A DNA stretch of 50,236 bases. Origin: a virus. Shown here piece after piece: positions 26,488-35,749 of this stretch; the stretch's first letter is position 1, and each line of letters starts with the position of its first letter. Under the pieces are notes generated by a model, which worked only from the letters and a program-made list of their open reading frames with translations, did not search any database and had not been told where the DNA came from. The DNA lies in the UHGV virus genome UHGV-2083606; one strand, written 5' to 3'. The translations under genes were made by a program, and so were the position numbers.

Positions 26488-26875
26488 CCTCCTTGAGTTC
26501 TTTTATTCTTTGTTTCAATTCACTTACAACATTTTCAAACTGTTGTTTAGATACATATTCAATATTTACTTTATTTTCTGTTGGTTTTAATATATATGTT
26601 TTAAGTTCTGCTGAACCATCTAACAATATTTGCTTTGTGTAAATACAACCATTTGCAATATCCGTAAAAACAAATAAGCTGCCATCTAAATCAATCATAC
26701 TTGCTTTCGCTTCATCATAGCTTGAAACTGGTCTACCTTTTAGCATCTGTGTTTGACTCTGATTTTGCATATATGGCTGTTGGTAATTATATTGCTGTTC
26801 CATCTGTGCAATTCTATTTTGTGTTAATTGTTGCTGATATGGATTCATCCCATACCCTGTATAATTGTACATCAA
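26441..26875 (-). CDS. hypothetical protein with Q/N/Y-rich N-terminal low-complexity region
   Basis: First about 45 aa are more than 50% Q/N/Y/M (prion-like composition); a globular C-terminal half follows. Confidence 0.5.
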   Translation of the reverse strand: MMYNYTGYGMNPYQQQLTQNRIAQMEQQYNYQQPYMQNQSQTQMLKGRPVSSYDEAKASMIDLDGSLFVFTDIANGCIYTKQILLDGSAELKTYILKPTENKVNIEYVSKQQFENVVSELKQRIKELKEGVAYVSEVEQTNDAE

Positions 26876-27029
26876 TCACCACTCCTTTCATGCTTTTAAT
26901 ATATCACACTTTTAATGTTTTGAAATATAAACAAAGTATACTAGGAATAACCTTAAAGAATATGTGCAATAAAAAAGGAGTGCTTTCGCACTCCATCAAA
27001 TCATTCTACCTATTTTCATAAGCATCTTT

Positions 27030-27284
27030 CTATGTTTCTTTTTTAACTGCAATTTCTGATAAACCAATTTCATCAGCTATGCATTGCAAAGTTTTCTTCT
27101 CCTTATAATGCATCCATAAAATCTGCTTTTCTTCATCACTTAGCATTGTTTGCTCCATCAAATCACCAAACTCTTTTACAGAACTTATGTCCTTTAGCTT
27201 CGTCCTAGTTTCTGCGTTCTTTTTATCCATGCTTACCACTTCCCATAAACTTTCCGCATACTGGACATTTCTTAGAATTACCAC
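27030..27284 (-). CDS. small sigma-70 region-4-like helix-turn-helix protein (putative transcriptional regulator)
   Basis: LSDEEKQILWMHYKEKKTLQCIADEIGLSEIAVKK is a sigma region 4.2 / LuxR-type HTH signature. Only 84 aa. Confidence 0.45.
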   Translation of the reverse strand: MVILRNVQYAESLWEVVSMDKKNAETRTKLKDISSVKEFGDLMEQTMLSDEEKQILWMHYKEKKTLQCIADEIGLSEIAVKKET

Positions 27285-27371
27285 CTTGCTTATTTCTACT
27301 CTTCGGAACTTTAACCTTTGACCTTGTTATTGTTCTTGTTTTTGTTACATGTATGCTTGCTTTCGCCATCC

Positions 27372-27668
27372 TTAATTCTCACCACCTTGGTTATGAACCG
27401 CATTATCATTATATTGATTTCCACTTACGTCATTGTATTCTGCATTTGCACTGTCTCCACTTGTTTCAATGTCAACATCTTTTGTATTTTCTTCCTGTGC
27501 TGTGTCATAATATTCAAATTGTGATTCATACCAAACAAAACAACCAAAACTAAATGCTGATTGCAAGAACATTAAAACAATTAAAATGATAATTATAATA
27601 TCTTTTAACTTGTTTGAACGTTTGTACTCTTTCTGTACGTCTAACAGAACTTCACCAAATTCTTCCAT
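27372..27668 (-). CDS. small membrane protein with acidic C-terminus
   Basis: Single TM helix (IIIIILIVLMFLQSAFSFGCFVW). Confidence 0.45.
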   Translation of the reverse strand: MEEFGEVLLDVQKEYKRSNKLKDIIIIILIVLMFLQSAFSFGCFVWYESQFEYYDTAQEENTKDVDIETSGDSANAEYNDVSGNQYNDNAVHNQGGEN

Positions 27669-27683
27669 ACTTGTTTCACTTCC

Positions 27684-28679
27684 TTAAATTGTTGCATCTT
27701 TGTATTTTCCATTTACTTTTACTTTTACAATTCCTGTACTGTATTTTCCATCTTTTCTATACATCATACCAGTTTTGTACTTGCTACTTTGTTTTGTGTA
27801 GCAATTAGCTTGTAACTTAAATATTGCATATAATGTTATATTTGCTGTTATTATGCTCGTTTCTTCAATATATGAACCACTTCCATTTTGATTTGTATTC
27901 CAGCCTAAAAATTCATAGTTCAGCCTTTTTGCTGTTGGCAGTTCTCCTAACCTGTCTCCATAATATACGGTTCTTACAATCGAACCATAACCATTAACAG
28001 TTCCACCATTTGAACCGGCATCAAATTTGACAGCACAACTTATTCTATCCCATACTGCATATAAATCTACATTTCTTTCATATATCCATGTCCATGGCTT
28101 TCCAATCCACGAAGTCCAGTCCGTTCCATTACTTTCCCTCCAGCCTTTAAACACATAGCCATTTCTTGTAAAAAAGTTTTTTTGTGTAACATAACTAGAA
28201 CCATAATAAACTTGTTCTGACCAGCTATCCTTTTGATTCCACAAACCACCATTTCCATGATAAGTAATTGTGTATCTATCTACTGCCGGAATTGTAAAGT
28301 TTACATTTGCTGTGTATGAATTTCCTCCACCATATTCGATTCCAGTAAACCTAGCAGAACATGTACCAATATAACTAGATGTGTATCTGTCGTATGTTTT
28401 GCTGTATGTTCCAATTAAGACTTGGTTTGCTGTATCCCAACTATGTCCAGAACTTGTGTTGATATTTCTACTTCCAATACTTGAACTTGCTGAACTGTCC
28501 CAATCAAAATAAAATGTATTAGAACTATCTTGACAAGAATATTGTGACCAATACCATATTTGCACTGTTACTTCCGTTTGGGTTTTGCTGTTAGAAGAAT
28601 CAACATATAAACCAATACAACCTTGATATTTTGTTCCTGTTGAAACGGAACTCCATTGTGTACCGCTTGGTGCTGACAT
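27684..28679 (-). CDS. receptor-binding protein / tail fibre with two Listeria-Bacteroides (flg_new) repeat domains
   Basis: YTITYHGNGG...FTRNGYVFKGW and VKFDAGSNGGTVNG...YEFLGWNT match the Listeria-Bacteroides repeat consensus. Ser/Thr/Tyr-rich N-terminal domain. Position after the tail tip genes. Confidence 0.6.
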   Translation of the reverse strand: MSAPSGTQWSSVSTGTKYQGCIGLYVDSSNSKTQTEVTVQIWYWSQYSCQDSSNTFYFDWDSSASSSIGSRNINTSSGHSWDTANQVLIGTYSKTYDRYTSSYIGTCSARFTGIEYGGGNSYTANVNFTIPAVDRYTITYHGNGGLWNQKDSWSEQVYYGSSYVTQKNFFTRNGYVFKGWRESNGTDWTSWIGKPWTWIYERNVDLYAVWDRISCAVKFDAGSNGGTVNGYGSIVRTVYYGDRLGELPTAKRLNYEFLGWNTNQNGSGSYIEETSIITANITLYAIFKLQANCYTKQSSKYKTGMMYRKDGKYSTGIVKVKVNGKYKDATI

Positions 28680-28691
28680 ATATCACACCTC

Positions 28692-29432
28692 CTAATCAGT
28701 AATACGGATATAGATATCTCCGTCTTTTCCTGTTGAATCACTAGGTTCTGATGTTCCTTGTCTGATTGTTGGCATTGCATCTATCTTTTTGTTAATCTCA
28801 TTAATTTGATTTTGTAAACTTGTTGCCACATCTCCGCTAAGCTGTCCTTTAATTCCGTTAAACCATTCATTGAACATTGACGTAAATTGCGAAAATAAAT
28901 CAGATGTACTTATTTGCTGTACAACTCCTGTTACGAATCCACAAACCTCATTGTAAGGTCTCATATCTGTTACGTCTGACTGAACGAGAGTCGACGCACC
29001 GACTGGCTTTCTTATTGTTGCTAGTTGTAGCTCATTAACTGTTGACGTTCTTGAAACACTTACATCATTTTGTTTTAACTCGATTGAAATTTTTCTGTTC
29101 ACTTTATCAAGCCTAATAACAATAGAATCTTCCTGTACATATGATGAACTATTAACTGGAATTGTTAGCGTTTTATTTTCTGTTAACTCATAGTAATATC
29201 CATCTATATAGGCACTTCCTGCTTTTACTGTTACTTTCAATCCGCTCTGAATTGACACTTTCAACCCGTCTGTAGGGTTTACAAAAACACCATTACCGAT
29301 AAACTTTGAAAAATAGCTTGCAAAATCTTCTGCATTATATGTTCTGTCATAAACACCGCTACTTGTTTCTACCGCATTAAAAAAACCATACCTTTCAGCC
29401 ATATTGACCACTCCTTTCTTATCTCTTAACAC
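28692..29432 (-). CDS. tail fibre / upper baseplate protein (conserved N-terminal YGFFNAV...AEDFA motif)
   Basis: MAERYGFFNAVETSSGVYDRTYNAEDFASYFSKFIGNGVF, as seen in structural proteins of Firmicute siphophages. Confidence 0.5.
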   Translation of the reverse strand: MLRDKKGVVNMAERYGFFNAVETSSGVYDRTYNAEDFASYFSKFIGNGVFVNPTDGLKVSIQSGLKVTVKAGSAYIDGYYYELTENKTLTIPVNSSSYVQEDSIVIRLDKVNRKISIELKQNDVSVSRTSTVNELQLATIRKPVGASTLVQSDVTDMRPYNEVCGFVTGVVQQISTSDLFSQFTSMFNEWFNGIKGQLSGDVATSLQNQINEINKKIDAMPTIRQGTSEPSDSTGKDGDIYIRITD

Positions 29433-31080
29433 TTACGACTTTTACAGTCAAATTTGAGTGAACACCCCCGCGAATATTCTCTTCCACAGAGTTTGATTTT
29501 TTCAACCATATCTCATCACCTTCCTGTACTTCAATCAATACATCACATGACGTACATGACATATAGCTACCTTGCGTACTAGGAGAACCAATCGCACTTG
29601 AAATCTCTTTATATTTTGCTCCATTTCTCCATATTTCACAGATATAAAATAAATAATCACCTGTTGAAGTACGAGAAAATATTGTAAATGATACAAGAAT
29701 TGACTTAACTCCTTTTCCTATTTTTATCGCACCATTTCCACCGATTAGCATTCCATTAGATGTATCATCCGCTATTGTGTTAAAATATAAATATTGCTCG
29801 CCTGTTCTTAATACATCACCGCTAGGCATCTGCACTGTCATACACTTTATTATGCTTAAGCTGTTCAACGAATTTTCAATATACTTAACATTTACTTCTG
29901 TCTGTTCAATTTTTTTCATTGCAACTTTAGACTCATCCACAATGTCTTTGATTCTTAAGCCATATGTGAACTCTAAGTCTATGATTTCTCTATCATCTTG
30001 CCTTGTCACTATTACATTTGTAATCTGTGCATCAAATTCCATTCCAAGTTCTTCATCTGCGATTGTAACAAAATCTCCTATGTTATAATCTTTTTTATAT
30101 GTATATTGTTTTGTTATATCTGTAACCGTTGCTGTGTATTCTTCACTTAAATCATTGTCTTTAGCTTTTTCATCTGCCCTTTGTTTCATAAGTTCTTCAT
30201 ATTCTGCATCAGTTAACTTTTTGTTATCCTGTTCACTTTGAATATCTCTTGCATCAACCCATAGTTCTTTCCTGTTCCACCCTTTACGCTCTCCAAAAGT
30301 AACATCTGAATTAACGTCTATATTATACCACTTTCTGTCTGTTCCCTCTCCCTCTCCTGCAATATATACTGTATTTTTCAGCTTACTTCTATCGACTATA
30401 TAATCTGTATTTGCTATATTACTTAGAGACTGAGAAAATACCACAGGACTAACTACTTTATTTCCTCTATGTCTTGTTCTATCTTCGCCAGCACCAATTA
30501 TAAGCGTCCATCCATCTATATTATATGGATTTTCTCTGTTGATTACTACAACATTAGGCTTTAAGACAATTCTTAACTTATCTGCTTCTGCAACTTCACT
30601 AATTTCATCCCACAATGAACCGCCTGTCACTTGCTTATCTATAATACTGCATACTTGTTTTAATCTTTCTTCATCCTCGAATTCAACTGAAAGTGCAATA
30701 TTTCTATTGCTATCGTCTGACATTATAAGATTTTGTTTTACCAACTCTTCAATATATTTATAACTTTTTCCTTTAAATGTCACTTGTCCTTTAATAACTC
30801 TATATTCTAACAGTTTTAATGCAAGACTACCTTTTATTACAAACACCTTGCTTGTTTCACTATCACTTTCACGTTTTACTGACTCAATAACACCAAAAAC
30901 ATCATCATCAAACAGAACATAAAAGTTTTTTGTTTTGTCCATCAAACATAAGTTCTCTTTATCAAGCATTGCATTTATTTGAAATGTTCCTATTTCTCTT
31001 GCCTTATACTGATACTGCGAATATTCATACTTACGGAGAACATCAACTATACGCATTGTATCGTCTAATATTGTTATCAT
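29419..31080 (-). CDS. tail-associated protein Tal (prophage endopeptidase-tail N-terminal domain family)
   Basis: Size, position after Dit, and conserved N-terminal domain. Confidence 0.65.
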   Translation of the reverse strand: MITILDDTMRIVDVLRKYEYSQYQYKAREIGTFQINAMLDKENLCLMDKTKNFYVLFDDDVFGVIESVKRESDSETSKVFVIKGSLALKLLEYRVIKGQVTFKGKSYKYIEELVKQNLIMSDDSNRNIALSVEFEDEERLKQVCSIIDKQVTGGSLWDEISEVAEADKLRIVLKPNVVVINRENPYNIDGWTLIIGAGEDRTRHRGNKVVSPVVFSQSLSNIANTDYIVDRSKLKNTVYIAGEGEGTDRKWYNIDVNSDVTFGERKGWNRKELWVDARDIQSEQDNKKLTDAEYEELMKQRADEKAKDNDLSEEYTATVTDITKQYTYKKDYNIGDFVTIADEELGMEFDAQITNVIVTRQDDREIIDLEFTYGLRIKDIVDESKVAMKKIEQTEVNVKYIENSLNSLSIIKCMTVQMPSGDVLRTGEQYLYFNTIADDTSNGMLIGGNGAIKIGKGVKSILVSFTIFSRTSTGDYLFYICEIWRNGAKYKEISSAIGSPSTQGSYMSCTSCDVLIEVQEGDEIWLKKSNSVEENIRGGVHSNLTVKVVSVKR

Positions 31081-31083
31081 GTT

Positions 31084-32028
31084 CTACATCCCCCTTATGT
31101 TGAAATACTGTTCTCTGTACTCAAAACTAACATCCATAACACCATCACTTGGCTGTGTTTCATATGAATAGTAATTTTTTCCTAAGAGGATTTTAAACAG
31201 TTTATAACCAACTTCCATATTCCCAACTATCGAGGCTTCATCCCCACTTAAGGTATGTAACTTAACACTTTCTTCGCCTATATTTGTATTTATGATAATC
31301 TCTTCCCCAGCCGATATGCTTAAATCAGAAAATATTATTTTTGCATTTTCTGTTATGCTGTTTACTTGCTGTGTTATTAGATAATCACTAACAGCTTTCA
31401 TCCTTATAATACATCCGACTGGAACATCACCATTATTTTCAATCAAAATAATTTTCTTTCTGCGTTCGACTCCCATTGTAATTCCTTTTGTTTTAGGTAT
31501 TGTCAACGGGAACTTGAACATATTTTCTGCATCTGAAAGATTTATTATTTTTGTTTCTTTGTAGAACATTGGATTGAAACATTCGAACTCCAAAATAAAC
31601 TTACATAGAACTTCATTGTTTTCTTTATAAGTATTAGAATATTTTGGTGGTGCTGTTGGTCTTGCATCTAAGTAAAATCCATTTGCTTCAATCACAATTT
31701 CTTGATATATAGAAATCATTCTATCTAGTTCTTCCTTTTTGTCTTGTACTGCTGTTTCACAATTATCCCAGTATTGCTCCCATGTACTTGCCTGTTCTAC
31801 GTCCTTAGCAACAACATATCCTGTTATAGTTGGTTTTCTTGTTCCAACTGTTAAACCAGCATAAGACTGCCCTATTTGATAAGGCACTCTATATGCTGAC
31901 ATTTCTACGCTAGGTGTATCCCAGTCAATTTCATCAATGATATAATAACCATCTTTTGAATCAATAACAATACTGTCTTTTGTTACGCTATTTGTTAGTA
32001 TAACTTTTTTGACCATTGTTTTCACCAC
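31084..32028 (-). CDS. distal tail protein (Dit)
   Basis: Position immediately after the tape measure; length 314 aa. Confidence 0.6.
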   Translation of the reverse strand: MVKTMVKKVILTNSVTKDSIVIDSKDGYYIIDEIDWDTPSVEMSAYRVPYQIGQSYAGLTVGTRKPTITGYVVAKDVEQASTWEQYWDNCETAVQDKKEELDRMISIYQEIVIEANGFYLDARPTAPPKYSNTYKENNEVLCKFILEFECFNPMFYKETKIINLSDAENMFKFPLTIPKTKGITMGVERRKKIILIENNGDVPVGCIIRMKAVSDYLITQQVNSITENAKIIFSDLSISAGEEIIINTNIGEESVKLHTLSGDEASIVGNMEVGYKLFKILLGKNYYSYETQPSDGVMDVSFEYREQYFNIRGM

Positions 32029-32032
32029 CTTT

Positions 32033-35000
32033 TTAAAATCCTAACAGTAACTCCCTTTTTGCTTTTTTCATTTGTCTTGCATACTCATATGCGTTTGGTT
32101 TTGTATTGTAGAAATTAAATGTGTCTCCACTACTATTTTTACCTCTACTGTTATTATACTCTTCATTCTCCTGTTTTGTCAATACCCTTTCACCTTTATG
32201 CAACTCTGCTATATATCCATTAAACGGTACATAATCCAAACCGTTTGCATGCTTACCATTTACACTCTTAGCGGCTGACTTTGCCTCATTCGCACCACTT
32301 ACAACATTCTTAAATCCGCTAATTATTCCACTTACAAAACTTCCTATCTTACTTGCAAAATCACTTACCCAACCGAGTATGCTTTCTCCTATACTCTTTA
32401 ATCCATTCCACAACTGCGACAAAATATTTCTACCAGCACTGTACATCTGACCTCCTATTGCTAATATCTTACTAGGTATTTGCGATACTATACTCCATAC
32501 TTTACTTGGTAGTTGTTGCAAGAATGAAATAAATCTTGAAACAAAGTTTGTTGCTGTTTGAACTCCGCTCTGTACAAGCTGTGAACCCCATGATATTACT
32601 CTACTTATAGTTTGTGATAGCCATTGATATATTCTGCTAGGTAATGTTGATATCCATGTTACGACATTTGTTACAAAGTTTGTTGCGGCTTGAACACCAG
32701 TCTCAACTAAGTTTGTCCCAAACTCAATAACTTTGTTTATTGTATCAAGCAACCATTCCCATATTCTGCTTGGTAATGTTGCGAACCATGTTACAATATT
32801 TTCAATTATCACTGGCAATTCAGTTGTTGCCCATTCAATACAAGACTGACCGAACAGATATATATGTCCAAGCATTTCACCTATTACATAACCAATCTTA
32901 TACGGTAACTGTTCAAACCATGTTGTAATTGCATTTATTGTGTTCGGTATTGTTTCATTCACAAAAGTGTTGAATGCGTTCGGTATTGTTTCGGCGAAGA
33001 AACTTATAATATTATTAACAAAGCCTTGTATTGTTTCAACTGCATTATTAAATACCTCTGGAATTGTTTCTGTAAAGAATGTTTTAACACTATCAAACGC
33101 TCCCAAAATAATCTCTGGAAGTCTGCTGAAAATATCAGACACTTTGTCAAAGAACTCTTGAAACTTTTGCGCCGCTTCATCAAGTCCAAACTTCTCTAAT
33201 ATCTTCGCTCCTATATCTCCTATAGTGCTTAAAATTGTGCTTCCAATACTTGTGAACGTTTCTACTACGTTGTCAAACAATCCTTTTATGCCATCTGCAA
33301 CTTGTTCAAAATCTCCTGTAAATATTCCAATGAATATATCCATTATACTTAAAATGTTGCTTAAAACAAACTGTATAATATCTACAACTGTAGAAAAAGC
33401 ACCCTCAAATACTGGTGCAAATATATCGCATAATGTCTCCCATGCTGTTTTAATTACATCTGTGATACTTTCAAAATTAAAACCTAATTCATTTATCTTA
33501 CTTACAAATTCATTCGCAAAATCTGAAAACACTTTCTTTAATTCATTGAATGTATTTGTTATGTTATTTCTAAATTCTTCATTTGTTTTCCACAATGTAA
33601 CAAACATTGCAACCAATGTTCCAATAACTGCAACAACTCCTAGAGCTGGTGCTATCACTGAACTAAAGGTCGTTGCAATTTTTGTTATAACACTTGGTAT
33701 TCCACCCATGCTTGCTATCAATTCTGATTGCCCCATACTAAGAAGCTGTATTGTTTTTGTTACACTTCCAATAACTCCACTTGCTGTTTTAACAGCTGTA
33801 ATTATAGTGCCTATTGTACTTGCAACTTTTGACAAAATAAGCAAAACTGGACCGATTGCGGCAATTACAAGACCCGCTTTTACGATAAAATTCTGTTGTT
33901 CTTCTGACAATTCATTGAACTTTGTTACAAGATTTGTAAGCCACTGAATAAAGTTTCTTATGTTTGGTATTAATACATTTGATATAACAATTCCCGCACC
34001 CTCTAATGCTGATTTAAAAAGTGTTATATCGCCCTTTAAATTATCAAGCTGCGTTTGCGCTTGTTTTAATGCAGAATCGTTTGCATTTTTCAACCCCTCT
34101 TTAAAATCATTAACTTTTTCCGTTGATGAAACTGTCATTTTGTTAAACGCTTGCAATCCATATGTTGTGAATATGGTATTTTTATATGCGTTTCTTTCTT
34201 CCTCTGACATTCCACTTAGCTTGCCATTTAATTCGTCTACAACGTCATTAAAATCTCTTGCGTTTCCTTGTGCATCATACACTGAAACACCTAATTCGTC
34301 AAGTGCTTTCTTGGCTGTACTTGTAGGTGTGTACAAATCCATCATTGCTCTGTTTAATGATGTTGCCGCTTCTTCTCCTGTTATGTTTTGTTCCGCTAAT
34401 CGCAACAAACTTAATGTTACACTATCCATATTTTGTCCATAACTCTTAGCTGTTGCTGATGAAGATGAAAGTGCTGTTCCTAATCCTCTAACATCTGTGT
34501 TCGCCATTGTTGCCCCTTTTGCAACTAAATCTGTGACACGCTTTGCTTCATCCATTCCTTTTCCAAAACCTTTTAGTGTTCCTACAACATAAGTGGAAGA
34601 ATCTGCCAAACTTAAATTACCAGCCGCCGCAAGGTTTAATACTTCCGGTAATGCTGTCATTTGCTCTTCTGCCGTTAATCCACTCTGCGCTAATACATTT
34701 AATCCCTCTGCCGCTTGCGTTGCACTGAACGCTGTTGTAGCACCCATATGCTGTGCGAACTTGGAAAGGTTTTGAATCTTATCTGTTGTTGTTCCCATTG
34801 TTGCGGCAACTTGTGACATAGCACTTTCAAAATCTGTTCCAGCTTTAAGTGCCGCCGCCCCTACTCCTGCAAGTGGCAATGTTACACTTCTTGACATTGT
34901 ACTTCCAACTGTAGCAAAGGCACTTGAAAGTCCTTTAAACTTTTGTTCTGCTGTGGCTGATTTATCCCCAAAAACTTTTAGGTCGTTATAAGCGGATTTA

Positions 35001-35068
35001 AACCCTTTTTGAAACTTACTTGAATCAAGTTCCAAATATGCCACAGCAGTTCCCATATTAACCGCCAT
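32033..35068 (-). CDS. tail tape measure protein
   Basis: 1011 aa; Ala/Gly/Ser-rich N-terminal half; hydrophobic segments; three tandem repeats of about 40 aa (TW..TLPSRI..WL..TI..VI..G..LV..GVQ.ATNFV); AAAGGAG ribosome-binding site. Confidence 0.85.
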   Translation of the reverse strand: MAVNMGTAVAYLELDSSKFQKGFKSAYNDLKVFGDKSATAEQKFKGLSSAFATVGSTMSRSVTLPLAGVGAAALKAGTDFESAMSQVAATMGTTTDKIQNLSKFAQHMGATTAFSATQAAEGLNVLAQSGLTAEEQMTALPEVLNLAAAGNLSLADSSTYVVGTLKGFGKGMDEAKRVTDLVAKGATMANTDVRGLGTALSSSSATAKSYGQNMDSVTLSLLRLAEQNITGEEAATSLNRAMMDLYTPTSTAKKALDELGVSVYDAQGNARDFNDVVDELNGKLSGMSEEERNAYKNTIFTTYGLQAFNKMTVSSTEKVNDFKEGLKNANDSALKQAQTQLDNLKGDITLFKSALEGAGIVISNVLIPNIRNFIQWLTNLVTKFNELSEEQQNFIVKAGLVIAAIGPVLLILSKVASTIGTIITAVKTASGVIGSVTKTIQLLSMGQSELIASMGGIPSVITKIATTFSSVIAPALGVVAVIGTLVAMFVTLWKTNEEFRNNITNTFNELKKVFSDFANEFVSKINELGFNFESITDVIKTAWETLCDIFAPVFEGAFSTVVDIIQFVLSNILSIMDIFIGIFTGDFEQVADGIKGLFDNVVETFTSIGSTILSTIGDIGAKILEKFGLDEAAQKFQEFFDKVSDIFSRLPEIILGAFDSVKTFFTETIPEVFNNAVETIQGFVNNIISFFAETIPNAFNTFVNETIPNTINAITTWFEQLPYKIGYVIGEMLGHIYLFGQSCIEWATTELPVIIENIVTWFATLPSRIWEWLLDTINKVIEFGTNLVETGVQAATNFVTNVVTWISTLPSRIYQWLSQTISRVISWGSQLVQSGVQTATNFVSRFISFLQQLPSKVWSIVSQIPSKILAIGGQMYSAGRNILSQLWNGLKSIGESILGWVSDFASKIGSFVSGIISGFKNVVSGANEAKSAAKSVNGKHANGLDYVPFNGYIAELHKGERVLTKQENEEYNNSRGKNSSGDTFNFYNTKPNAYEYARQMKKAKRELLLGF
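32410..32800 (-). repeat. three tandem repeats of about 120 nt within the tape measure gene
   Basis: Repeated peptide unit TWFATLPSRIWEWL.../TWISTLPSRIYQWL.../RFISFLQQLPSKVW.... Coordinates approximate. Confidence 0.45.
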
Positions 35069-35093
35069 TTGTTTCTCCTTTCAAACAATACTT

Positions 35094-35336
35094 TTATTCG
35101 TACTGTTTATAAAAATCTTTAAAATTGTTATAGTGTTTTGTTTCCGCTTTTTTGTTCTGTTCTATGTAATGAGGTTTTTCTCCCTCTGTTAATCTCAATG
35201 TTAATTCACAGCACGCTTCGTTAAAGCAAAAGGCAGTATAACTGTCCTCTATCCCTAACACTTCACTAGGTAAACATTTATACTGCCTTGATATTGCTAA
35301 TACGCTTTCTACCTTTTTACTCTGTACGAAAGGATT
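35094..35336 (-). CDS. tail assembly chaperone frameshift extension (T-like), open only in the +1 frame
   Basis: 80-codon ORF without a start codon, overlapping the last 7 codons of the chaperone gene. The -1 frame is closed. The ORF ends 25 nt before the tape measure ATG. Confidence 0.4.
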   Translation of the reverse strand, partial: NPFVQSKKVESVLAISRQYKCLPSEVLGIEDSYTAFCFNEACCELTLRLTEGEKPHYIEQNKKAETKHYNNFKDFYKQYE

Positions 35337-35724
35337 CTAAAGCTTTTACCCCCTGTTGTGAGTAATTAAAAATAAACATCATCTGTTCATCTGTAAGCTC
35401 AGTCCCTGTACTTTTGATTTCATCATATGTTGGCTCTACAAAAGTTTCACTTGCAATCAAATCAATTACGTCATAGATTTCTTGCATCATACTATTTTCT
35501 TCTGTATCAAGACTTCCACTCTGTACGAATAACTCATTTGTTTTAACAAGTAATGAATTTGGAATCTTTCCCTGTTTTGCCATCCCTAAAATAGATGGTC
35601 TTTTAAGTTTCGCAACAAAAGGCTGACCCTCTGCAAAATCTGGAAGTCTTACGATATTACCATCTGCATATTGCTTTAACTGTTCCAAACTTGTTACCTG
35701 CTCTGTTTTTGCTGTTCTTGCCAT
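35317..35724 (-). CDS. tail assembly chaperone (G-like)
   Basis: Acidic 135-aa protein lying between the major tail and tape measure genes. Confidence 0.6.
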   Translation of the reverse strand: MARTAKTEQVTSLEQLKQYADGNIVRLPDFAEGQPFVAKLKRPSILGMAKQGKIPNSLLVKTNELFVQSGSLDTEENSMMQEIYDVIDLIASETFVEPTYDEIKSTGTELTDEQMMFIFNYSQQGVKALESFRTE

Positions 35725-35749
35725 GTTCTTTCTCTCCTATCTTTTTTAT

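Noticed and set aside
27225-27369. 48-aa ORF MAKASIHVTKTR...CPVCGKF considered as a ribosomal-protein-like zinc-ribbon gene.
   Set aside because: It does not match any ribosomal protein family closely and lacks a second CxxC. It overlaps the 5' end of the sigma-like ORF. It is mentioned only as context.
33225-33947. 240-aa plus-strand ORF, and all other plus-strand ORFs in the track (for example 33960..34442, 39948..40584, 41788..42240, 5288..5656).
   Set aside because: Each lies entirely antisense to a strongly supported minus-strand gene (tape measure, scaffold, MuF and others). They are low-complexity Phe/Leu/Ser-rich translations typical of the reverse frame of AT-rich genes, with no ribosome-binding sites.
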